Shown piece after piece: positions 9,781-18,553 of a stretch of 64,000 nt of DNA (positions are counted from its first letter, which is position 1; each line of letters starts with the position of its first letter). A program made the translations under genes and the position numbers. The stretch lies in contig JBCCQY010000012.1 in the NCBI GenBank assembly GCA_039208735.1, positions 30,336-94,335 of the forward strand. Direction: 5' to 3'. Below the pieces are notes generated by a model, which saw nothing but the letters and a program-made list of their open reading frames with translations, did not search any database and was not told the origin of the DNA. Source of the DNA: Myxococcota bacterium. Its GTDB lineage: Bacteria; Myxococcota_A; UBA796; GCA-2862545.

Positions 9781-11889
9781 ATGCAAACGGTTGCGATTGG
9801 CATGTTCAGCGTGGTGGCTGGGGTCTTGGTGGCGCCACTTCTTCCCGGTTCCTGGGGGGCTTGGGCCAGCCTCGCCCTTGGCGGATTGGGCCTTTGGGGG
9901 CATCGGGGGGGCTGGCTCGGCAGCATAGGGATAGGCCTGTTGGTCGGCGTGGTGGCGAGTCGCACGGTGCCCCAAGGTCCCGAGCTGACCGGATGGGTCA
10001 GCCTTCGCGGCGTGCGCGTAGGAGCCCCACAGGGACGCTCGGGGGATGTCGCGGTCGGCGGGCCAGGGGCACCCTCAATCGGGCGAGTTCGGATTCGCTT
10101 TCGGGAGCGAGCGCCGCCTGCGGGCGCCTCGGTCCTCGTCGTGGGTCGGGCCAGGCCGGTGCGCGACGCGTTGCCTGGGGCGCCCAGCCCCCTTCGCGCG
10201 GCTCGCTTGGTCGGCGTGCGCACCGAGGTTCTCGCATCGCGCAGCGCGGTGATCGGGGCCCCGATGACGGCCCCATCGTCGAACGACCCCACCGGGCTGC
10301 TCCGGGCGGTCACGACGGGTGACCGTCGGGGGCTCGATGAAGCCTTGGTGGGGCGGCTGCGTCGCACGGGAACCGCCCACTTGCTTGCGATCAGCGGGTT
10401 TCATGTCTCGATCGTGGCTGGCTTGGCGTTTGCCCTTGGATTGGTCGGGCACCGAGCGCTGGCCGTTCGTTGGCCGACCGGCGCCCCCCCTTGGGCACCC
10501 GCGGGCTTCGCGGTCTTGGCCGCATCCATCTACGCGTTGGGGGCTGGCATGCCCATTTCGGCCCAACGCGCGACGTTGCTGCTCGGGCTGGTCATGGTGG
10601 GACGGTTGTGGGGGCGAACCGCACGCATCTTGCCGATCTTGATGTTCGTGGCCGCGGCGGTGGCCATGGTGGATCCGGGCGCGTTGGCCACTCCGAGCTT
10701 TCAGCTCTCGTTCGGTGCGGTCGCGGGCCTAGCTACGTTCGGTGTCCAGCTCTCGAATTGGATCCCTCCAGATGTTCCGTGGATGGTGCGGTGGCTTGGA
10801 CGATCCGTCGTGGCCAGTGTGGCAGCGACGCTCGGGACGTTGCCCGCCGCCGCATGGTGGTTTCAACAGTTGGCGCCCTGGTCAGTGGTGGCAAACCTCA
10901 TCGCCGTGCCGGTGACGGGCTTGGTCATCGTGCCGGCGGCAGGGCTGGCCCAGCTGCTTCCTGAACCGCTGGCCGGGGGCGCTGCGCATGTCGGAACCCT
11001 TGCGACACGAGCGGTCTTTTGGGCCCTGGCCCCTTTCGATGTCACGCCATGGGCCCCTGCAGTGGGCCCCCTCGGGGCTGCCCTTCTTGCGGGAGCGCTC
11101 GTCATCGCGGTGCGACGACCATGGTGGGGGTTTGGCGGAGTCGCGGCGGTGTTGCTGTGGCCCGCTTCGGAAGCTGCAGGGTGGCGATTCGTGTTCCTCG
11201 ATGTGGGGCAGGGTGATGCCGCCTTTGTCCAACACCCTTCGGGTAAGCGCTGGCTCGTCGATGGTGGACGACCTTCGTTCGCGGTGCTGCAGTGGCTTCG
11301 TCGGGAGCGGATTCGTCATCTGGATGTCGTGGTGGTCACACACAGCGATGCAGACCACCTAGGCGGCACGCTACCGGTGATTCGTTCGTTGTCGGTGGAC
11401 GAGGTCTGGGCCGTCAACCCACCGGATGCCTTGATCGAAGCTTGCACGGAGGCCGAGGTTCCCCTGCGTCGCCCGCGGGATGCTTTGTGGCCCCCAAACG
11501 ATGGGGTTCCTCGCGATGACAACGATGGCTCCATCGTGTTGTCGCTGGGGCCTCTGCTCCTCGCGGCTGACATCGACGCCGACATCGAGGCCGAGCTGTT
11601 GGACCGTGGGTTGTCGCACCACGCGTGGCTCAAAGTGGCCCATCACGGGTCGCGGTCGTCGACCCACTCGGCCTTTCTTGAGGTCGTCCGTCCGACCCAT
11701 GCGGTGGTGTCGGTGGGACGTGACAACCGCTACGGGCATCCGGCTCCCGAAGTGCTCGATCGGCTCCATTCGGCTCACGCCGAGGTGTGGCGAACCGACC
11801 TGGATGGGACGGTCGAAGTCCACGTGACGCCGCGGGGCACGGTGGTCCAGACGAGTCGAAACCGGGCTCCTCGAACGCGACCTCCATGA
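9781..11889 (+). CDS. comEC: DNA uptake competence protein ComEC/Rec2
   Basis: GTAHLLAISGFHV, SFQLSF, FLDVGQGDA, THSDADHLGG, KVAHHGS. Confidence 0.93.
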   Translation: MQTVAIGMFSVVAGVLVAPLLPGSWGAWASLALGGLGLWGHRGGWLGSIGIGLLVGVVASRTVPQGPELTGWVSLRGVRVGAPQGRSGDVAVGGPGAPSIGRVRIRFRERAPPAGASVLVVGRARPVRDALPGAPSPLRAARLVGVRTEVLASRSAVIGAPMTAPSSNDPTGLLRAVTTGDRRGLDEALVGRLRRTGTAHLLAISGFHVSIVAGLAFALGLVGHRALAVRWPTGAPPWAPAGFAVLAASIYALGAGMPISAQRATLLLGLVMVGRLWGRTARILPILMFVAAAVAMVDPGALATPSFQLSFGAVAGLATFGVQLSNWIPPDVPWMVRWLGRSVVASVAATLGTLPAAAWWFQQLAPWSVVANLIAVPVTGLVIVPAAGLAQLLPEPLAGGAAHVGTLATRAVFWALAPFDVTPWAPAVGPLGAALLAGALVIAVRRPWWGFGGVAAVLLWPASEAAGWRFVFLDVGQGDAAFVQHPSGKRWLVDGGRPSFAVLQWLRRERIRHLDVVVVTHSDADHLGGTLPVIRSLSVDEVWAVNPPDALIEACTEAEVPLRRPRDALWPPNDGVPRDDNDGSIVLSLGPLLLAADIDADIEAELLDRGLSHHAWLKVAHHGSRSSTHSAFLEVVRPTHAVVSVGRDNRYGHPAPEVLDRLHSAHAEVWRTDLDGTVEVHVTPRGTVVQTSRNRAPRTRPP

Positions 11890-11946
11890 GCTTGCCCACG
11901 GCCGTGGGGGGCGCTACGACGCCCCTTCACCGGGGGGGACCGCGTC

Positions 11947-12522
11947 ATGAACCGCCGCAACATCACGTTCGCGCTCTGTGCAGTGCTCGGCCTGATCGCC
12001 GATCAAGGCTCGAAGTGGTGGATCATCAACAATATCGCGCTCAATACTGGAGAAATCCCACTCATCGACGGGTTGTTGTCGCTCGTCTACGTGCAGAACC
12101 CCGGGGCCCTGTTTGGCCTTGGGGCAGGGTCTGCCTATGCGCAGCCGGTGTTTCTCGTGTTCACGGTGGTGGCGCTGTTCGTGATTGGCGACATGTTCCG
12201 TCGCCTCCCCCCAACCGACACCTACATGGCCGCCGCCCTTGGCCTCGTGCTTTCGGGCGCAATCGGCAACGGACTCGATCGGCTTCGCTTTGCCAAGGTC
12301 ACTGACTTCATTCGGTTCTACACCGAAGATCCTGGTTTGGTGGCGTGGCTTCGGGGCTTGGGCTTGCCTCCGGAGTACCCGAGCTTCAACATCGCGGATG
12401 CCGCACTCGTCGTGGGCATCGGCATGTTCATCATCCACTACCTGTTCCTCGAAAAGCGCGAATCCGCTTCGACGGAGGCGACCGAGGCTCCCGCGCCATC
12501 CGAAGAACCCGCTTCCGAGTAG
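11947..12522 (+). CDS. lspA: Lipoprotein signal peptidase II
   Basis: DQGSK, NPGALFG, GAIGNGLDR, VTDFI, FNIAD. Confidence 0.95.
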   Translation: MNRRNITFALCAVLGLIADQGSKWWIINNIALNTGEIPLIDGLLSLVYVQNPGALFGLGAGSAYAQPVFLVFTVVALFVIGDMFRRLPPTDTYMAAALGLVLSGAIGNGLDRLRFAKVTDFIRFYTEDPGLVAWLRGLGLPPEYPSFNIADAALVVGIGMFIIHYLFLEKRESASTEATEAPAPSEEPASE

Positions 12523-12529
12523 GCAGCGG

Positions 12530-12952
12530 CTATCGCTTCCCGATGAGTGCGCGGTGGTCGGCGAGCATGCACCGGTCCTGAATCACCCGGAGGCCTGCGG
12601 CGCGTAGGTCCGTCGCGACGGCCTCGTTTTCGATGCCCAGCTGGAACCAGATGATGGGTGCACCCGCAGCCAGGAACTCGTCGCGGTGGTCCGCAAGCGC
12701 TTCGCTTCGTCGGAACACGTCGATGAGATCGACGGGACCAGCCTCCTCAAGCGAGGCGAGGATCGTACCGCCCAGCCAGGCTTCGCCAGCCCGGGTCGGA
12801 TTGATGCCAATGACCGTCCAGCCCTGCTCCTTTAGGTACTTCGGTACGTAGTACGCGGCGCGGTGTTCGTCTGGATGCGCTCCGAGCACAGCGATGCGCT
12901 TGGGCGTAGAAAGGATGTCGCGCAGGTCATGGACGGATGCTGGGTCGGCCAT
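12530..12952 (-). CDS. CoA-binding protein (YccU-like)
   Basis: IAVLGA, VDLIDVFR, IWFQLGI, DRC; GGAG RBS before ATG 12952. Confidence 0.9.
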   Translation of the reverse strand: MADPASVHDLRDILSTPKRIAVLGAHPDEHRAAYYVPKYLKEQGWTVIGINPTRAGEAWLGGTILASLEEAGPVDLIDVFRRSEALADHRDEFLAAGAPIIWFQLGIENEAVATDLRAAGLRVIQDRCMLADHRALIGKR

Positions 12953-13005
12953 CTCCCCTCCTCGCAAGATGACGTATGGTCCTCCACGGCCCCGATTTGT
13001 GACAC

Positions 13006-13512
13006 TCACTCCATCTGCACGTGCACGTGGCGACGTACGGCAGAGTGGTGGTCGAGTTCCGGAGCCTGTGACCAAGCCAGGACCAGCCACGCGCCATGGG
13101 CCTTGTCCAATGTTGGCGCCGGAACTCGGAGCCGTACGGTTGTGCCCTCCGCGGTCTGATGGGACCCCAGCAGCGCCACCTCGGAACGCGCCACGGGCCC
13201 ATGTCGACCCGGCGCGTTCACGATGTGGTGGGCAGCCCCGCCAACGCCGTCGGTTTGCCAACCGAAGAAGAGGTTCGCACCTACGATGTCGTTGACCTGA
13301 TTCGTCCCGAGGACCACCCAACCACGGGTCTTCGCCTCCAGCTGGACCACCCAAGTCGTCTCCTCTACCCGCCACCGCGCGACCATCCCTTCGATGCGCG
13401 CCTCGTGTTCGAAAGGGGCTTTTGGAGCAGGTAATCGAGGCGCGTCGCCCGGGATGTTCGAGCAGGACGCCCACGCCGGCGGGGCCATCGTCAACACAGC
13501 GAACCACCACAT
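13006..13512 (-). CDS. Secreted DOMON-like domain protein
   Basis: Signal peptide; LEAKTRGWVVLG...GANLFFG and C-terminal LDHHSAVR; GGAGG RBS. Confidence 0.65.
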   Translation of the reverse strand: MWWFAVLTMAPPAWASCSNIPGDAPRLPAPKAPFEHEARIEGMVARWRVEETTWVVQLEAKTRGWVVLGTNQVNDIVGANLFFGWQTDGVGGAAHHIVNAPGRHGPVARSEVALLGSHQTAEGTTVRLRVPAPTLDKAHGAWLVLAWSQAPELDHHSAVRRHVHVQME

Positions 13513-13540
13513 GGCGGCCTCCAGTTTCTGCCTTCATATA

Positions 13541-13560
13541 ATAAACTAAGTTTAGTTTAT
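13541..13560. promoter_or_regulatory. Palindromic operator (TetR-like) within the probable promoter of the DOMON gene
   Basis: ATAAACTAA-GT-TTAGTTTAT, perfect 9-bp arms in an AT-rich island; TTGATA overlaps it on the minus strand. Confidence 0.7.
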
Positions 13561-13615
13561 CAAATGAGCCAAAGAGTGCCGGGAAGAATCTTCATGGATT
13601 CAACCCGGCCTATGG

Positions 13616-16174
13616 CTACTTGAGGCTGTCGCGCTTCTTCTTCAGGGCCTTCCGTTCCTCGACCAGTTCATTGGCCTTCGCCAATTCGAGAGCTTCATCG
13701 AGGAAGGTCGCGGCTTGGTCCTTCTGCCCCTTCGCGACCGCTACATCGGCCAGTTGGTCGAGGGTCGATGCGATCTCACGCGGCGTGTTGGCTTCTCGAT
13801 ACATCGCCAGCGCCTGGTTCAAGGTCTGCTCCGCCAAATCCCATTCCTTGAGGGCGCGGTAGGTGGCGCCCAGGAAGAAGTGGATTTGTCGCACGATGGG
13901 GTGCTTGCCGAGCTGTGCGGACCGCTGGCGAGCCTCTTCGAGGTGGGTACGGGCCTCGATGGGCTTGTTGGTCCGCAGTTGGAACAGGCCGACGTGGTAG
14001 AGGTCCGCCGGCAGCGCCTGCTCGAGGTTCATCTGGCGAGCGAGTTCGAGGGCGCGCTGGGCCGGAGGCAGGGCCTCAGCGGGATTGTTGAGGACGCCCT
14101 CGACTTGGGCCAGCAGCTCGCAAGCCGTGTGTTCCCGGCGGGGGTTCCGCAGGGCCTGAGCGATTTCGACGACGCGCCGCAATGCATCGCGGCCCGCTTC
14201 GAACTGGCGAGCCGCAAGAAGGGCTTCGCCGTAGGACAGTCCCGAATCGAGCGCGATGCCCGTCACGCCGTGCTGGCCCGCAATCTGGTTGGCATTCTTG
14301 AAGTGCTCGATGGCCTCTTCGAGCTTGGGCGGCTGGCTTTGGCGAGCCGCGAGTCCACGGATTTGCGCCACCGTGGCTGCGATGTCGACCATCTGCGCTT
14401 CCTGCTCGTTCTCGAGCTTCACTTTACCGAGTTTCTCGGCCTCATCCGCGTGATCGAGCGCCGTTTGGAGGTTGCCGTCTTGGAGTTCGACGGCGGCAAG
14501 GTGGTTGCGAATCTCGGCCATGCGCCGGTTGTTTTCTTTGGCCTCGTAGAGCTTGAGGGCGTCGTTGGCCCGCTCACGGGCCCGGAACAGGTCTTGACGA
14601 CGAAGATCAAGCTTGGAGCCGTTGAACAACAGCCACGCCGTCAAATCGCGATCTTCATGCTCCGTCGCCCATTCCGTCACCTCGGTATGAACGCGGTCGG
14701 CGACCTGGAGGTTGCCGTTGGCGACCAGCCGGTCCAGCAGGTTCATGAACACCGTGCGCCGCATGGTGTCGGGGAACTTGAGTTCGTCGAAGTAGCGCAT
14801 GAGGTCGTAGGACAAACCCCAGACATCCGCCGAATCCTGGGTGAGGATGTTGGCGCGCATCACTTCGGCCTGTTGCGGAGCCCCGTGCTCGGCGTAGACC
14901 TTGGCCGTCTTTACGATGAAACCATAGCCCCGAGGCACCAGGTAGCGTTCCATGAACTGGCCCACACCGCGTGCCAGTCCGTGTCCTTCGTCGTTGTCGT
15001 TGCGCTCGAGGATGCCTTCGTGGAAGGAACCGCGGGAAAACCGATAGATCCAGGTTCCGAGTTCCTCGGAGAACTGCACTTCCTCGAACAGGTCCGACAT
15101 GGCGTCGAGCAGGTCATCGATCGAATCCCGATCGAAGTTGCCCATGTCGGCCACGAGATTCGACGGGAACGCAGGGCCCAACAGCGCCGCGAAGAACGTG
15201 ATGCGGCCGATGTCGTCGGGAGTTGCGTGCTTGCGATCCCCTTCGCCTGGGGGCTCCGACGGAATGTCGAGTTCGCTTTCATCGACCTCGAGCGGCACGA
15301 GCGACGACAGCGTAATGCCCTCGAGCTCACCGGTAAGTTCGTTGCGATCCGTGAGGATGTCGACCACTTCCGCGATGAAGCCGGGTCGTCCACGAGCAAT
15401 CTCTGCAAGCCGGGCTGCGTTGGCCTCGATGCCCTTGGACGAGAGGTAGGACGACACTTCGTCGGCGCCCCACGGCGCAATGGCGACGGTCTCGATGTCA
15501 TCGCGGCGCTCGTACATGTCGAGCAAGGGCCGCGGGAACAGCACCTTCGTGACGTCTGACTCGGGCTCGTCGTAGACGATCTGGAACACCTTGGCGTCGC
15601 GTGTATTGGCCTCGGTGTGCACGCCCTCGACGAACAATGGCAGCGCCAGCGAGTGTACGGCGTAGGCGTTTTGCAGCTCGAGGATGATCGGGATCTTCCT
15701 CGAGATGCCCACCACGACTTCAACGAGACCAACCAACGGGTTGTCCTGCGGCATGCGCAGCTGGATCTGCCCGGTTTCCTTGTCGGCCTTCGCCTCTTTC
15801 ATGGCGGCGATGAACTGTTGGTACCAGTTTTGGACGCGCTTGGGCTGGGACGGGATTTGTGCATTCAACACCATCTCGACCTTGCCGCGGACCAAGGGGT
15901 CCTGCGAAAGGATGGCGATGAGGGACCCGTACATGCGCACGAGCCATTGCAACCCATTCTCCTGGTCGAGGCAGGGCACGCGCCAGATGATGGTTCCGTC
16001 CTCGGCGCTCGCGACCTTCCGGAAGAATTCGCCGGCCAGCGCCCGGCGACCACCTCCGAAGGGTCCCTGCAGGCGAATCGTCTTGGTGCGACCCTGCTGC
16101 ACTTCAGCCCAGTGTGTGCTGAGCGCGTCGAGATCGGACGGACGGGCCACGAAGATCGAAGCTTCTTCGGACAA
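13616..16174 (-). CDS. STAND-like protein: degenerate P-loop domain plus TPR repeats
   Basis: TTG start with AAAGGAG RBS; FVARPSDL, GPFGGGRR at the Walker A position, ARGRPGF; C-terminal TPRs. Confidence 0.75.
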   Translation of the reverse strand: MSEEASIFVARPSDLDALSTHWAEVQQGRTKTIRLQGPFGGGRRALAGEFFRKVASAEDGTIIWRVPCLDQENGLQWLVRMYGSLIAILSQDPLVRGKVEMVLNAQIPSQPKRVQNWYQQFIAAMKEAKADKETGQIQLRMPQDNPLVGLVEVVVGISRKIPIILELQNAYAVHSLALPLFVEGVHTEANTRDAKVFQIVYDEPESDVTKVLFPRPLLDMYERRDDIETVAIAPWGADEVSSYLSSKGIEANAARLAEIARGRPGFIAEVVDILTDRNELTGELEGITLSSLVPLEVDESELDIPSEPPGEGDRKHATPDDIGRITFFAALLGPAFPSNLVADMGNFDRDSIDDLLDAMSDLFEEVQFSEELGTWIYRFSRGSFHEGILERNDNDEGHGLARGVGQFMERYLVPRGYGFIVKTAKVYAEHGAPQQAEVMRANILTQDSADVWGLSYDLMRYFDELKFPDTMRRTVFMNLLDRLVANGNLQVADRVHTEVTEWATEHEDRDLTAWLLFNGSKLDLRRQDLFRARERANDALKLYEAKENNRRMAEIRNHLAAVELQDGNLQTALDHADEAEKLGKVKLENEQEAQMVDIAATVAQIRGLAARQSQPPKLEEAIEHFKNANQIAGQHGVTGIALDSGLSYGEALLAARQFEAGRDALRRVVEIAQALRNPRREHTACELLAQVEGVLNNPAEALPPAQRALELARQMNLEQALPADLYHVGLFQLRTNKPIEARTHLEEARQRSAQLGKHPIVRQIHFFLGATYRALKEWDLAEQTLNQALAMYREANTPREIASTLDQLADVAVAKGQKDQAATFLDEALELAKANELVEERKALKKKRDSLK

Positions 16175-16290
16175 GCTTGCTCCTTTGAGAGACTCTGGGG
16201 GGCGGCCGGATGCCCCGGCGCCGCGGGGGTCGGTATATATGGGTGGGAATCCACCGACGCAACGGTTGCATAACCACCCCCGGAGCCCCG

Positions 16291-16755
16291 ATGATCGACG
16301 TCAAGCGCCTTGTCTTGCCGCTGTTGCTGACCGTTGGCTGCAACGGCGAAGACCTGCCTGGTAGCTACTTTGACGTGGAACGGCAGGGCGCCGAGAATCG
16401 TTGCACGGGTAACGGCACGAACTTCCGCGAGAACCTTCCGTATCGATTGGTCCGCCGCGGCAACGAAGTCACCTTGGCCGTGGGTCCTGACGAGTTTGCG
16501 ACCGGCATCTCGGACGGTTGCACGATCAACTACAACACGATCGTGTGGACGTCTCAGCGTCAAGGCTTTGCGATTGATTGGCAGGTAGAAGGCGAAGCCT
16601 TGGTCGACCCCGAGGGGGGCGACGTGTGCAACAAGAACGGAGATTGGGTGGGCGCCGAGACCTACTCCATCACGAACTCGGAGCATCCTGACGTATCGCC
16701 TGGTTGCACCTACACGGTCGAAGTCAGCGGTGATTTCACCATGATGGTGGAATGA
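16291..16755 (+). CDS. Hypothetical lipoprotein
   Basis: LLLTVGC lipobox; stop overlaps the moxR start (ATGA). Confidence 0.7.
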   Translation: MIDVKRLVLPLLLTVGCNGEDLPGSYFDVERQGAENRCTGNGTNFRENLPYRLVRRGNEVTLAVGPDEFATGISDGCTINYNTIVWTSQRQGFAIDWQVEGEALVDPEGGDVCNKNGDWVGAETYSITNSEHPDVSPGCTYTVEVSGDFTMMVE

Positions 16756-17675
16756 CCGAGGCACCAAGGGCACTCGCAGCACTCCGCGAGGCCGTGAACG
16801 CGCAGTTGGTTGGCAAGGCTGAAGTCGTCGACCTGGCCCTCACGGCGATCTTGGCCGGGGGCCACCTCTTGCTGCAGGACATTCCGGGGGTGGGCAAAAC
16901 GACCCTTGCTCGGGCCCTCGCCGCGGTCGTCGGAGGAGGGTTTGCGCGGGTGCAGTTCACCTCCGACCTACTGCCGAGCGACCTCATCGGCGTCAATGTC
17001 CTCGATCCGGCCACGGGATCGTTCGGATTTCGGCCCGGCCCGATCTTTGCCAATGTCGTGCTTGCAGATGAGATCAACCGTACGACGCCCAAGACGCAGT
17101 CGGCCCTCTTCGAAGCGATGGAGGAACGTCAGGTCACCGTTGACGGTGAAACGCGAGCCCTTCCCTCCCCGTTTTTCGTGGTCGCCACCCAAAACCCCTT
17201 TGACGCCCACGGCACGTTTGCGCTGCCCGACAGCCAGCTGGACCGGTTCCTGATGCGGTTGTCGATCGGCTACCCCGACCGGTCGACCGAGCGAGCGATC
17301 TTGCGCCAGGTCGAGCGCACAGCTCCGGCGGCGGTTCTCGATCCCGATGGTCTGAACGGGCTCATCGAAATGACCGCGCAAATGCAGATGCCCGAGATCG
17401 TCGAGGAGTACCTTCTCGATGTGGTGGCGGCGACGCGACGCGATTCGGGTTTGGTGCGCGGCGTCTCCACGCGGGCTGCGCAAGCGCTCCATCGCGCGGT
17501 GCGTGCGTTGGCAGTGGTGGAAGGTCGCGAGTACCCCGAGTTCGAAGATGTGCGAAGGCTCGTGATGCCCGTATTTGCCCACCGGCTGATGGCCCGAGCG
17601 GGCCATGGTCCCGGTGATGTCGCCACCGTCGACCGTCTGCGCGCTCTGCTGGATACGATTCCTTCGCCGTTATGA
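16752..17675 (+). CDS. moxR: MoxR family AAA+ ATPase
   Basis: DIPGVGKT, QFTSDLLPSD, LADEINR, ATQNP, QLDRF. Confidence 0.95.
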   Translation: MTEAPRALAALREAVNAQLVGKAEVVDLALTAILAGGHLLLQDIPGVGKTTLARALAAVVGGGFARVQFTSDLLPSDLIGVNVLDPATGSFGFRPGPIFANVVLADEINRTTPKTQSALFEAMEERQVTVDGETRALPSPFFVVATQNPFDAHGTFALPDSQLDRFLMRLSIGYPDRSTERAILRQVERTAPAAVLDPDGLNGLIEMTAQMQMPEIVEEYLLDVVAATRRDSGLVRGVSTRAAQALHRAVRALAVVEGREYPEFEDVRRLVMPVFAHRLMARAGHGPGDVATVDRLRALLDTIPSPL

Positions 17676-18553
17676 CCCGACCCACGACCGATGGCTGGCT
17701 GGCCGCTCTGGGGGCCCTGGCCCTGGGAGGGGTGGCGTGGTGGTCAGCCAACAATGCGCTGGTGTTGGTGGTGGCCCCTCTTCTGGCGGTCATCGCCTTG
17801 GGTTGGGGCCTCGGGGTGCGCAACGTGCGAGGTCTGCACATCACGAGGCGGTGGCCGGGGGAGCTGGTCGCGGGTCGGCCGGGCCGCGGCACACTGGTGC
17901 TCACCCGGCCTTCGGGACGAAGTCGGTCGTTTCAGATCGAGGAAGCGGGATTGTCGCAAACCTGGGTCGCCACGGTGGGGGAAGAGGCGGTTGTGCACTG
18001 CACCTGGCGGTTTCCCGATCGGGGGGTGCACCGGGTCGGTCCGCTGCACATCACGTCGACGTGGCCCTTCGGGTTGTTTCGCCACAGCTGCACCCTGCAG
18101 ATCCCGGACACCGTGCTCGTGGGCGTGCGCCCTCATCCCAGCGCCCTGGAGCCAACCGCGCAGTCGGGCGATGGGCGGTCTGGGCGCCGCGGACGGGTGG
18201 GCACCGGCGACTTAGTGGGGTTGCGGGCTTATGCGCCGGGGGATCCTGTGCGGCGGGTGCATTGGCCGACCACCGCGCGCGTCGGAACCCTCATGATGGC
18301 GGAACGTGCGGTCGATGAGCACGATGCACTCATCGTCGAAGTCGTCGCCCGCGCCACGGGGACGAGCTGGGAGCGAGAACTGTCGAAGGCGGCCGGGCAA
18401 ATTCAGCGCGCGGCGCGACAGGGATTGCGCATCGGGCTTTCATTGCCCTCTTTGGCAGATCGAGAACGCGTCACGCTTCCGGCGCGTGCTGGGGACGGTT
18501 GGCGCCGACACCTGCTGGAAACCTTGGCTCGGATGCCTCGGGTCACCCCATGA
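17672..18553 (+). CDS. DUF58 protein
   Basis: WPFGLF, LRAYAPGDPVRRVHWPTTAR; follows moxR. Confidence 0.9.
   Translation: MTRPTTDGWLAALGALALGGVAWWSANNALVLVVAPLLAVIALGWGLGVRNVRGLHITRRWPGELVAGRPGRGTLVLTRPSGRSRSFQIEEAGLSQTWVATVGEEAVVHCTWRFPDRGVHRVGPLHITSTWPFGLFRHSCTLQIPDTVLVGVRPHPSALEPTAQSGDGRSGRRGRVGTGDLVGLRAYAPGDPVRRVHWPTTARVGTLMMAERAVDEHDALIVEVVARATGTSWERELSKAAGQIQRAARQGLRIGLSLPSLADRERVTLPARAGDGWRRHLLETLARMPRVTP

Noticed and set aside
12530..13537. 335-aa extended CoA-binding protein
   Set aside because: The extension overlaps the DOMON-like gene in another frame; an RBS supports the start at 12952.
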